From positions 61,668,788-61,732,787 of the forward strand of contig CM120640.1 in the NCBI GenBank assembly GCA_051362555.1: a stretch of 64,000 nt of DNA, read 5' to 3'. Positions 51,586-63,800 of this stretch are shown here, one piece after another; the first letter of the stretch is position 1, and each line of letters opens with the position of its first letter. The translations under genes and the position numbers were made by a program. The DNA comes from Lingula anatina (taxonomy: Eukaryota; Animalia; Brachiopoda). The notes under the pieces were generated by a model. The model worked only from the letters and a program-made list of their open reading frames with translations, was not told the origin of the DNA and did not search any database.

Positions 51586-54500
51586 AACTGAAAGATTAAA
51601 AGTTTGAATAGCAGCTTCATTGGAATTATATTTACCTCTGCCAAGGAGGTTATATTTTCACCCCTGTTTGTCATCAACATAACTCAAAAAGTTATGGACC
51701 GATTTTGCTGAAATTTTCAGGAACTGTCAGAAGTGGGCCAAAGAGGACAAAAATCAATAATAATCAACAATTGCTACCTTGGCAGAGGACTGCACTCTCG
51801 GAGTGCTTTTCTAGTTTTGTTGTTTTCCTTTATAATTTTTTCTCAAACACTTGCATTTGTGACTTTAAACTCTCATCCGCCTGAGACTCTGACATTTCTG
51901 TTTTTCCACATAAGCAGTTGTATTGTTTTTTATGTCTTTAAACGTTATGTTACTTATGTAATATTATTTTATGCACTGTCATCATTTTTCAAATATTGAG
52001 ACTTACATCATGTGAATTTGAACTCTCATGGTCCTGAAACTGTAATCTTATTGAAAGGGTAGATTGAGACCATCTTCTGGGACTTCCGGAAGACAGTCAG
52101 GTTATTAAGTTTATATTGCCTGGTATCTATTTTTTCTTCTGTTGGAAGACCATCAAAATGGAGGATGGATCAAAATAGATACTTTGGAATACTGTCAGAA
52201 AATATCTCTGGGTCCGCTCATGTTATTGACCATTTTACCTGTTGTGCATGATTAAAATTCAGTGTTGACTGACAGTGCTATTATAAGCATTATTTATTAT
52301 TGCATCAAAATTGACAAAATGACCTATTTTGCATCTTTATTTTCTGTTTTTTGTCTGTACATTTGACAGCTTTGCTGCCTTGTCTTATATTGTGTTATTA
52401 ATGTTGCATATATGTTGAAAGAAGTGAAAAAACAGCATAACTTCCCTAAAAATGGCCCGATCATGCTGATTTTCGAACTTTACCTGCGTATTATGAATAT
52501 TCATCAGTTCTGTAAGTTTCAAGCCAAAAGGTAAGATGTGTCTGTACATATAGCTATCATCTGCGTCTGTCGTCGCCGTCGTCGTCGCCGTCGTCGCCGT
52601 CGCCGTGCACTTTTACCGATAACACGATAAATGGAAAACTGTTTTTTCTTTTGGTATGAAACTTACAGAACTGATGAATATTCATAATACGCAGGTCAAG
52701 TTCGAAAATCAGCATGATCGGGTCACTTTTAGGGAATTTATGCTGTTTTTTCACTTTTTTCAGCATATATGCAGCACTGATAACACGATAAGTGGAAAAC
52801 CATTTTACCTTTTGACTTGAAACTTACAAAACTGATGAATATTCATAATACGCAGGTCAAGTTCGAAAATCAGCATGATCGGGTCACTTTTAGGGAATTT
52901 ATGCTGTTTTTTCACTTTTTTCAGCATATATGCAGCACCGATAACACGATAAGTGAAAAACCATTTTACCTTTTGGCTTGAAAGTTACAGAACTGATGAA
53001 TATTCATAATACGCAGGTCAAGTTCGAAAATCAGCATGATCGGGTCATTTTTAGGGAATTTATGATGTTTTTCACTTTTTTCAGCATATATGCAACCCCG
53101 ATAACACGATAAGTGGAAAACCATCCTACCTTTTGGCTTGAAACTTACAAAACTGATTAATATTCATAATACACAGGTCAAGTTCGAAAATCAGCATGAT
53201 TGGGTCATTTTTAGGGAATTTATGCTGTTTTTTCACTATTTTTCAGCATATATGCAGCACCGATAACACCATAAGTGGAAAACCAATTTACCTTTTGGCT
53301 TGAAACTTGTAGAACTGATAAATATTCATAATACGCAAGTCAAGTTCGAAAATCAGCATGATTCGATTATTGTTAGGGAATTTATGCTGTTTTTTCACTT
53401 TTTTCAGCATATATGCAGCACTGATAACACAATAAGTGGAAAACTGTTTTTTCATTTGGCTTGAAACTTACAGAACTAATGAATATTCATAATACACAGG
53501 GCAAGTTTGAAAATCAGCAAGATCGGGCAATTTTTATGGAAGTTATCCTGTTTTTTTTTTTTTTTTTTTTTTCAATTTTTTCAGCACTTTTATAACACCG
53601 ATAACATGATAAGTGTAAAAATGTTTTTCCTTTCCTTGGATTGAAATTTACAGAACTGGTGAATATTTATTATACGCAGGTCAAGTTTGAAAATTGGCAT
53701 GATTGGACTATTTTTACAAAAGTAATGCTGTTTTTTTCCCTTTATTCAGCATACATGCAACACTGATAACGCATTTTAAGGAAAACCAATCAGCCTTTTG
53801 TCTTGCAACTCACAGGAGTGATCAATCTGACCAGTATACAGATCAAGTTTGAAAATAAGCTTGATCAGTTAAGTTTTGATGAAGTTATTAGCCTTTTTGT
53901 ATATAAGTGGTTTTTCTTCAGATTTAATTCTTAAGCATGTTAACAGTCTCATAACGGTACTAATTGGATATGTTAAAGTGTTGTTTTAACATTTTCTGCT
54001 TCTTAACAATATTGTTAGTTGATTATATAAAAATGACGGTAAACCTATTATCCTGCATTGTGTAATAAAGTATCAAAAATGGAAAGGAACTCATCATTGC
54101 AGTTCGTCAGATTCAATCATTCAGTTTGTTCAGAATCTCCAAATGGAGCTAATTGGACATTATAAATTGTTCTATTGATATTTTTCCTATGTCAACAATT
54201 TTCCTAGTTGATCATTTAAAAATGACAGTTATGATGGTTTTATGTAAAAAAAGGTGTTGAAAATGGAAAGAAAATCATTTCAGTACAGTTATCTCTTGTT
54301 AACATTTTGGCATTTTGAAAGTGTGACCCTAACTTCCATGTCCTTGGAGACCTTTCCATATCACATTTTCTGAATATCCATGATACTTTTATTTTTTTAT
54401 AAAAAATTTGATGGTCATTATGCTGTTAAGTATTATGTTATATTGCATGAAAGTTAAAGAAAACCCTATTTTGGACACTGCTGCCAGGATAGCGATTAAG

Positions 54501-56391
54501 GGAAAACCATGTTACTTATGATAATCAACCTTACTGAAAAGAGTGAAGTGCAGCTTGTGTTGGAAAACCATCGTAATTGTTTTCTGTTTTGAAAGCAATG
54601 CAGTACAGTGCTATTTGGTGCAATAAATGTATATGGATAGTAGGCAGTTAATTCAGGGTTATAAAATAATTTGCTTAATTGATTTTCAAGTTATTTCAGG
54701 GTTATAAAATAATTTGCTTAATTAATTTTCAAGTGGGTATTAAATGAGATTACATAAACACACATTGAGATTTCATTGTAAAGTCCCATCGGTTTAGCTT
54801 TCTTAACTGTGTCACATAATTAGGAATCGATGATTATTATGCAGGTAAATGTTATTTAATATGGAAAATAAGTTTACAAAAAAAAATTTGTGTAACGCTT
54901 ACATTAATGCTAAAGATGAATAACAGTGCCTTATTATTCTCAAACTCAATAGGGTTATTCATATCATGTTAGTAATTGTACAGCTAGATTAAAAGTTTGA
55001 ATAGCAGCTTTATTGGTATTTTTTGTTATGTTTTATTTTACATTTTCTTTTAATTTTTTTATGCTGTTTTTTCACTTTTTTCAACATATATGCAACATTA
55101 ATAACACAATATAAGAAAAACAGCTTAGCCAATTGTCATTATACTCACAGGAGTGGTCAATCTTACAAAAATGCAGGTTGAGTTCGAAAATCAGTGTTAT
55201 CGGGCCATTATTTTAGAAGTTGTACTGTTTTTTCAAATTTCCTCAGATTCAATTCTTAGGCATGTTAACAGTCTCATTATTGAACTAATAAGATACGTAA
55301 AAGTGTGTGTTTGATATTTCCTGCATCTTTACAACATTGTTAGTTGATTATGTAAAAATGATGGTAAACTTGTTATCATGTATTGTGTAATCAAGTGTCC
55401 AAAACGGAAATAAACTCATATCATTGCAGTTTGTCAGATTCAATCATCCACATCTGCCATGATGACCATGATGGGAAAACCGTGTTCATTATGATTGTCA
55501 AACTTTCAAAAAAGAAACACAGGACTAAAATGCAGCCCAAGTTGGAAAAGCAGTCTAATGGGCTTCTTTTTCTGGAAGTTATTCATTTTAGTGAAATATT
55601 CATTATCTTTTTGGCATATTCATTGTGGGACTCGGAGCTCCCATGGACATGAAGCCGGATGGTAATCAAATTTTCTACATGTTCATGCTATTTATAGTCA
55701 ATAATCAAAAATTGGTGATAATTATTCTATAATTTATTATGTAATGTTACATCAAAATTGACAATAATCTTTTTGCACTGCTACTGCAAACATTATGAAA
55801 AGAAAACTGTGTTATTTATTATTATATTTAACTTAAGAGTATGATTTTTAGGATTGGCATGCAGTTCAAATTAGAAAGCCAGGTCAATTGGGTTATCATT
55901 TATTATTGAATTTAATGCAATTTTGTGTGAAATTTCATTTTTCTCATTCTGGCACTTTCTAAGTATAAACTTGAACTCTGATGGGCCTGAAGCCTTATGC
56001 TTTTACTCTCATCGGTGTTACCTGTTGTGCAAAAATTAAAATTTGATGTTGACTGTGCAGTTAAACATAATGTATTATTGCATCAGAAGTTGTAGTCTCC
56101 TATTTTGTGCATTATTGTTTTGTGCTCTTCTTAAGTTGTGACTTATGGGCCTGAAAGACCTTTGAGAGGGTCAGTCTATAAATTTCCCTTGGGTATCACT
56201 TCGCTAATTTCAGTTATAAAGTAATTTGCCTAATTGATAGGCTACATAAAGCACACTTGTGATTTGAGATTACATAAAGCACACTTGTTGATATTTCCCT
56301 GTAAACTCCCATAGGTTAAGCTCTCTGCTAGATTAATAATAAGGAAGCAGTGATAATTATGCAGGTAAATTTTGTTTAATATTGCAAATAA

Positions 56392-56446
<55 letters not shown>

Positions 56447-57394
56447 AACTGAAAGATTAAAAGTTTGAATAGCAGCTTCATTGGAATTATATTTACCTCT
56501 GCCAAGGAGGTTATATTTTCACCCCTGTTTGTCATCAACATAACTCAAAAAGTTATGGACCGATTTTGCTGAAATTTTCAGGAACTGTCAGAAGTGGGCC
56601 AAAGAGGACAAAAATCAATAATAATCAACAATTGCTACCTTGGCAGAGGACTGCACTCTCGGAGTGCTTTTCTAGTTTTGTTGTTTTCCTTTATAATTTT
56701 TTCTCAAACACTTGCATTTGTGACTTTAAACTCTCATCCGCCTGAGACTCTGACATTTCTGTTTTTCCACATAAGCAGTTGTATTGTTTTTTATGTCTTT
56801 AAACGTTATGTTACTTATGTAATATTATTTTATGCACTGTCATCATTTTTCAAATATTGAGACTTACATCATGTGAATTTGAACTCTCATGGTCCTGAAA
56901 CTGTAATCTTATTGAAAGGGTAGATTGAGACCATCTTCTGGGACTTCCGGAAGACAGTCAGGTTATTAAGTTTATATTGCCTGGTATCTATTTTTTCTTC
57001 TGTTGGAAGACCATCAAAATGGAGGATGGATCAAAATAGATACTTTGGAATACTGTCAGAAAATATCTCTGGGTCCGCTCATGTTATTGACCATTTTACC
57101 TGTTGTGCATGATTAAAATTCAGTGTTGACTGACAGTGCTATTATAAGCATTATTTATTATTGCATCAAAATTGACAAAATGACCTATTTTGCATCTTTA
57201 TTTTCTGTTTTTTGTCTGTACATTTGACAGCTTTGCTGCCTTGTCTTATATTGTGTTATTAATGTTGCATATATGTTGAAAGAAGTGAAAAAACAGCATA
57301 ACTTCCCTAAAAATGGCCCGATCATGCTGATTTTCGAACTTTACCTGCGTATTATGAATATTCATCAGTTCTGTAAGTTTCAAGCCAAAAGGTA
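47666..57394 (+). repeat. Near-identical 4.86-kb tandem duplication (47666-52533 and 52534-57394)
   Basis: Identical ORFs are offset by 4861 bp (50522/55383 and 51733/56594). The differences I saw are in the first ~500 bp. Confidence 0.95.
51632..51816 (+). mobile_element. Short HINE/Helentron-type element of a second family (duplicate at about 56493-56677)
   Basis: TTACCTCTGCCAAGGAGGTTAT...CCTTGGCAGAGG subterminal inverted repeat, then the stem-loop GCACTCTCGGAGTGC and CTAG-TTT. Confidence 0.7.
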
Positions 57395-58000
57395 AAATGG
57401 TTTTCCATTTATGGTGTTATCGGTGCTGCATATATGCTGAAAAAAGAGAAAAAATAGCCTAAATTCACTAAAAATGACCCAATCACGCTGATTTTCGAAC
57501 TTGACCTGCGTATTATAAATATTCATCAGATCTGTAAGTTTCAAGCCAAAAAGTAAAATAGTTTTCCACTTATCGTGTTATCGGTGCTGTATATATGCTG
57601 AAAAAAGTGAAAAAAACAGCATAAATTCCCTATAAGTGACCCGATCATGCTGATTTTCGAACTTGACCTGCGTATTATGAATATTCATCAGTTCTGTAAG
57701 TTTCAAGCCAAAAGGTAACATGGTTTTCCACTTATCGTGTTATCGGTGCTGCATATATGCTGAAAAAAGTGAAAAAACAGCATAAATTCCCTATAAGTGA
57801 CCCGATCATGCTGATTTTCGAACTTGACCTGCGTATTATGAATATTCATCAGTTCTGTAAGTTTCAAGCCAAAAGAAAAAACAGTTTTCCACTTATCGTG
57901 TTATCGGTAAAAGTGCACGGCGACGACGGCGACGGCGACGGCGACGACAGACGCAGATGATGGCTTTATGTACAGACACATCTGTGTCTGTACATAAAAA
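57262..58000 (-). mobile_element. HINE head plus about 4 units of the 161-bp satellite, reverse strand
   Basis: Ends ...CGGCGACGACAGACGCAGATGATGGCTTTATGTACAGACACATCTGTGTCTGTACATAAAAA, the reverse complement of the head at 47431. Confidence 0.8.
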
Positions 58001-58179
58001 CAATTGCTTCTTCAAATTTTATCTTCGGACATCATTAAAAAGAAATAAAACAAGATATGTACTTCAAGTTAATTGATTTTAGCAAATGTTTATTACAACT
58101 GTGTAGTCAGCTTAGTGGACCAGGACCAAAACAAAAGAGACCTGGTGCTCTAAACCTAAATATGGGGAGTCTCTCAGTT

Positions 58180-58251
58180 GGGCTAAGAGTCTTGATCCTT
58201 GTAAGTGTACTTCTGTTGATGTGTGGGGATGTGGAGGCAAACTCTGGTCCC
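58180..58251 (+). other. Degenerate 2A-like (StopGo) peptide
   Basis: 'LRVLILVSVLLLMCGDVEANSGP' against the consensus D(V/I)ExNPGP; a TCT/CCT difference gives P to S. Confidence 0.65.
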
Positions 58252-58762
58252 AAAAGGATTCCCCCATATGAAAGTCACCTCCCAAGCAATGTGTCTGATT
58301 CAGGAATGCCATTGCATAAACCCCTCAATTCACTTTATCTGGTGCCAGCTTTTTTCATCGCTGTTGATCACCAAGAGGCAGAATCACAACAAAACAACAG
58401 GGATTCACTTTTAAAAAGTCAACAGACAAGACTAATTGAATTCTAAAAAATAAGCTTCAAGAAAGAGAGAAGGTCAGTTACTGTCCCCAAATCTGAGCAA
58501 CTCTCCATGGAAACAGATGCTCACCATAGATGGCACCCACCTAAACCACTGGGGCACCACAAAGTATTATCGTTCCATCAGGGGTACGCTCTTGCATGAA
58601 AAAAAGACTAAGTGCAAGCACCACAATACCGCATGAATATACACGTCTTTAGATAGATAGATAGATACATGCATACATAAAAGAAAAGTTGACAGGGTTT
58701 TAATCTCTGCCATGGGAGTCACCATACCCTTTCCTCTCCTTCAGAACTCATGAAATTGCAGG

Positions 58763-59450
58763 ATGAATACAGGACCTCCAGGTCTTCCTGAAAGGAAACC
58801 CATCTCAACAGACCCAGGTCAACCAACTCGGGTACCCACAACATCGGACATGTATCAGGGAGGACTTGAGCTCCCACCAAAGAGACCGCTAGATCTGAGA
58901 GCTACAGCAGGAGCCAGAACAACTGGACACACCATCACACCACAAGGTGCCGCCCCACAGCGAGTGAGAATTTACACCCTCTTTCCCAACAGTCGGCCCG
59001 ATGCTGCAGGTCAGACATCAAATACAGGAATTAATGCATACCAACTATGGACAATGTCCCACCCTTTACTGAATCATCACACCTCGACTCACGCAATGGA
59101 CCAAATCACATGGAGCACAGACCACAGTGATGAGGATGACTTGCAAGGTCAGATTGCCTCTAATCTTCTTTTGGCCCATCTTAGCAAAAACATGTCATAA
59201 AATCTGGAACCAGGAACATGTTCCTTTCAAGGAGCTCATTCCGCATACTTCAAACTCGTCCAACACGTCTGAATGGGAAGCGCCTGATGACCTACCAGAA
59301 ACGAATCTCCTGAAATCATTGGGCCTCAGTAAAGATCAGAAAAAACCAAAGGACATCACTTTTGGCCAGTGGCAATAAGCATTCAATGTCTTCCAAATTG
59401 TGCACAACCTAAAATACCCGGATCAGAGTCAAAATCTCATTATTTACAGC
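58763..59450 (+). mobile_element. DIRS/Ngaro-type gag-like ORF1, truncated copy C
   Basis: 'MNTGPPGLP...LLAHLSK..CHKIWNQEHVPFKELIP...DITFGQWQ*AFNVFQIVH...P.Q..NLIIY'. Confidence 0.62.
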
Positions 59451-59590
59451 AGTCGCTGGGGAGAAAAGATGCAACATCGTAGTCTTTTCTTGGTGGCATA
59501 TTATAAGCACCACCTTATTTACAGCAGTCGCTGGGGAGAAAAGATGCAACATCGTAGTCTTTTCTTGGTGGCATATCATAAGCACCACCT
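59440..59590. repeat. 75-bp tandem duplication
   Basis: TTATTTACAGCAGTCGCTGGGGAGAAAAGATGCAACATCGTAGTC...AAGCACCACC occurs twice, at the truncation point of gag copy C. Confidence 0.9.
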
Positions 59591-59699
59591 TTTATAATTA
59601 TGTGTTGGTTATAAAATCAGTAATCCACTCAACTGAGTTACACAACAAGGGATCAAGATACATTTATGTATGAAGTTTTGATGAATGTCCAAGTTATGA

Positions 59700-59860
59700 C
59701 AAGTATCAGGATCTTAGTCAACAGGTAGCTGATCTAGAAGTGACAATCTCTGAGATGCAAAACGCAACGGCAGCGAAGAGAGGAAGGCCCAAATGCTACG
59801 GTTGTGGAAAAGAAGGTAATTTTATCTATGATTGTCCTAATACAAAACCCAAAAACCAGT
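59700..59860 (+). pseudogene. Gag C-terminal fragment with a degenerate CCHC zinc knuckle
   Basis: 'DLSQQVADLEVTISEMQNATAAKRGRPKCYGCGKEGNFIYDCP' (CX2CX4HX4C with H changed to N). Confidence 0.6.
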
Positions 59861-60866
59861 AACTAGTCCAGACCCAATGATTATGAATCCCACCACTGCC
59901 ACCGAATGTACAGTAACATGTAATACAAACCAAAACCAGCCAATGGTGCAAGTGGTTAATTTAGTGCTATAGCAAGAGTGGGCCAATAGGATTACCTTAT
60001 GATGAGAGTAAATGCTACATAAGCACAGCTGAGCAAATAGGTAACAAAGCCGACCTATTCACACATAACAAAAAAATATAAAATCTGCATAAAATCTTTG
60101 TTGCCAACCATGCTGCAATCATCAGGGAAGGCTCACATCCAAAACAATGGCATTTAACAGTTTCCAAAGGCAATGATGAGTCAGATAACAAACCAACTTT
60201 TCAATACAACAAGGTGAAATGAGAAACCAAATTCTGTGAAGGAAGAAACAGCATTGTCCATGCATACCAGGTGATGCATTGTGTAAAGACAATTAAATGG
60301 ACAGGTCTCTGGAAGTGAAAGTAACTGAAAATGTGTCCCATGCTGAGATATCAGGAATTACTGCTGTTGACAAGATAGAACATAAGAATATCATTGTGGT
60401 ATAAACATAAAATGAATGCTGTTTGGCAGTAACCTTGCAAAAACGGACTTGAACTTAAGTGAAATCTAATGCACGTTGTGACAATAAATCTCACTTAGTA
60501 TTTATAAAAATGCTTTTTTAAAGACAGGCATTCAGTGAAGAAAATGTTGAACTCATGAATGAAGATCCAACAAATGTATTAAGGCAAAGGGCATCATGAT
60601 TCCACGGACCTATTTCTAATTTCTTTTAAGAATCACAACTGTTGAGCTGTACATGTGTCAATAACATTAAATAATATTGATTTCCTGCTTTATATCAAGA
60701 ATTAAATACATCTCTGATAATAATAATTTGTCCAACACTTAAATTGCTAAAACTATCCAGGAAAGCTAAAGTTGAAACATTTTGTAGTGAATAATAATGC
60801 CCTTGAGATCAGACAAGTTTATAAATTCCCCTGATAAGTGAACTTGTGTAACTCCATAACCTTTTC

Positions 60867-63800
60867 TTAACCAAGCTTGTATTTTCTCACAGATCCATCT
60901 CGGCATGCTGTTAGCAAGTTTGTACTGTCAAGTGCTATCTTGTATATTGGATCACAATCTGATCCAGTTAATTCTAAGTTTGTTGAAAGCTGTTCATCCA
61001 CATAAAAACAAGATCCATCACCTGAAAGGTATAAAACACTTTTATTTTGAAGGTATGCCATTAAAAAAAGATTTATATTTGAAATCCACAAATTTACTTT
61101 TAGATAAAGTATTTTTGGGAAATAATCTACCTGTACTGCAAAAGAATCCTTGTTTATGGGGCAGAAGTGACAAAATGGCTCCTCTTTGTTCCTTCCAACA
61201 TTTTATCGGTGTGCTAGAAAAAATGCACAAATGCAGTATATAATTTAAAAAATCATTATTAAGATGTGCTTCTTCTAACCAAATATACTTTCCAACAAAA
61301 GATAATTTGCAATGATGGCAAACCTTACTATTTTGGGCAACTTTCAATGGACAAGGATATAAGACTTAACTCTAGTTTTTTTTCTTAATTACTGAATTAT
61401 AATTTGCATACAGTGTGTCGCAATTCTAATAATTTGGCTATTCTCTATAATAATTTATTTTAGCATATCCTTTGGTGTTTCATAGTTCATTACAATATTT
61501 CTTGTGTTTGAAATAAGTGCATTATAATTTACATGAAGTGTGCTGCATCTTTGATAACTGAACATCATTTTGGCAATCCTGCATGGTTACCTGGTATTCC
61601 TCAGGTCGAGTAAGTTTAGGGTGGAATCTTGGGTTCCACAAACAACTGTGGTTGTGGACAGAAAATTACAGCAATTAACAGCATCTGTGCACTTATACTC
61701 AAAGATCTGAAATGTAATGATTAACTTGATGAAAATATATTTAATTTAGTTATCATACCACATTTCTTAAACTTTTTTATGCAATCTTTTAAAAAAAAGC
61801 AATTTCTGAAACAAAAAACTATTGTGGTGTCTATTCCTGATGATACCACTGTAAATCAAACAATATTGAAAAAGCTTACTGTATTTTTTTAAATAAAAAA
61901 TTAAAACACACCTTACTTCTACTGTGCAGCCCAAAACCTTGCAAGGTGCCATTTTCCACTGCCAGCAGAAGCATCTTTCCTTCAGTAAGCACTTCACGTT
62001 CACCTAGGTAGTTATTGCATAATATGTTTTAGTAATTATGATATGTACAAGCAATTAACTTGTATCATATTTCAGGGGCGGATTTAGGCTGTCTTCTGGG
62101 TCTTCCGGAAGACGGTCAGATTTTCAAGTTTACATTGGCGGGTATCTAATTTTTTCTGTTGGAAGACGGTCAAAATTGGAGGATGAATCAACAAATATAA
62201 TTTGGAAGACTGTCAGTAAATAGCTCTGGATCCGCCTATGTATTTGCAATTAAACAATTTAAAATACAAAATCATTCTTACATTACTAAGTAGTCTTGGC
62301 ATATTAAGTCAATTTCAAATGAAATTCCTTCTCATTTATTCATCATCTTTTGACTCACTTGGCTGTTCTACTGGCACTCCCAGTTCTATCCTGTTATCCG
62401 GTTCTCCTAGGGCACACCCATTGACCACACCCCCTAAGTCTGACACAGTCCCCAGGCATGCCGAGTGGCCACAGTCCCACAGCTTTGCTGTACCATCTCT
62501 AGAACACGATATGATGTTCCGTCCTTTTTCCACTATGGCTGTATCTGTTATGCCTGGAAAAATACACACTTTTTCAGAATAGCAGATCAGATTTTCAATA
62601 AAGGGTAAGGACCCGAGGTTACCTTTTGGACACTGTGATGGAATAATTACCTATTTTTGAGAATATATCCGTTTTAACCTCACGGTAACAAAAAGATTAT
62701 AGTCAAAAATATATACATAAATCACATTCTGGTTACACTGTATTCTATTGGATGACAGAGAATACTTAATTGAGAAAAATTTGGTAATCCCCTTTGAATC
62801 ATGCAGCAAGTGATGATACACAGTTAAGAGAAATCAAGCTCTTCAACACCCAACGCAGGGATAGTACCCATCACTGACTTTCAACACCCATCACTGACCC
62901 TGAGTATGACCTCTGAGAGTGGCTGCACACTGTCCATTTTCAACAGACCAGATCTTGAGCTGCATGTCAGCCCCGCCAGACAGGACAACCAGTCCAGAAG
63001 GAAAGAAACGGCAGGTATACACATCACCTAGGTGGCCTGTTAGGTCTCTCTGAATTATAATATATTGTATATTAACTGAAAAATAGTGGTCTTTTGTAAT
63101 GAAATAAAATTGTTAAAATCAAATTCAATTTTATTGCAGAAATCAAGGGCGGTATTTGCTGATGAATGCACCCCCCTCCAAAAAAAGTAGTAGTAGTATC
63201 AACATAAATCAAGTTATACCTTATTCACAAATGATATACACTGAAATTTATAATATTCAATCATTTCATTATTTACTTACTGTACAGCATAGCTGTGCTT
63301 GCACACATTAGCAAAATTATAGTTAATAAGTTAATAAAGTTGTACTATAAAGTGAGGAATTAAGTGCTAAATAGCCAACAGACCTGGGAGCCTTACCCTA
63401 ACTTCTCCTGTGTCTGTCTGCCACACCCTTAGCTTTCCCTCTGTATCACTGGACACTGCTAAATCTCCAGAGGTTGCATCAACACAGATAACCTGCAAAA
63501 CAAATAAAGAAGGCGAAGATAATTAACAAAACTTGCATGGAATTCGAACCAATGAAGATAGTGGGGAATTGAGCTGGTTTTATTGTTATAGTATCCTGTT
63601 TGCCAACATGAAAATTCTTACTATATTTTCCTTTAATACCCACACTTTTCTTTGGCCTGTGCACTGTGTTAAAAGTGATATTTGGTGCTTGGAAGTTGCA
63701 TCTGTAACAACTCATCACATCAGTGTATGAAAGGGTTAGGGTTTTCTGTAATGGAAAAAAGTACATGATTCAATATTCAATTTTATTACATTTTATTATT

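Noticed and set aside
46235-57915. Regular repeats read as a CRISPR array
   Set aside because: The units are contiguous 161-bp monomers with no unique spacers, there are no cas genes, and the context is eukaryotic.
47559-57960. Short ORFs 'MKLAELM...RRRR', 'MLKKVKKQHKF...', 'MCNQVSK...' and 'MGQRGQK...'
   Set aside because: They are translations of satellite, microsatellite or duplicated non-coding DNA, and their recurrence reflects the repeats.
34484-59450. A complete autonomous DIRS element
   Set aside because: No reverse transcriptase, RNase H or tyrosine recombinase motifs were found; only gag-like and SGNH parts are present.
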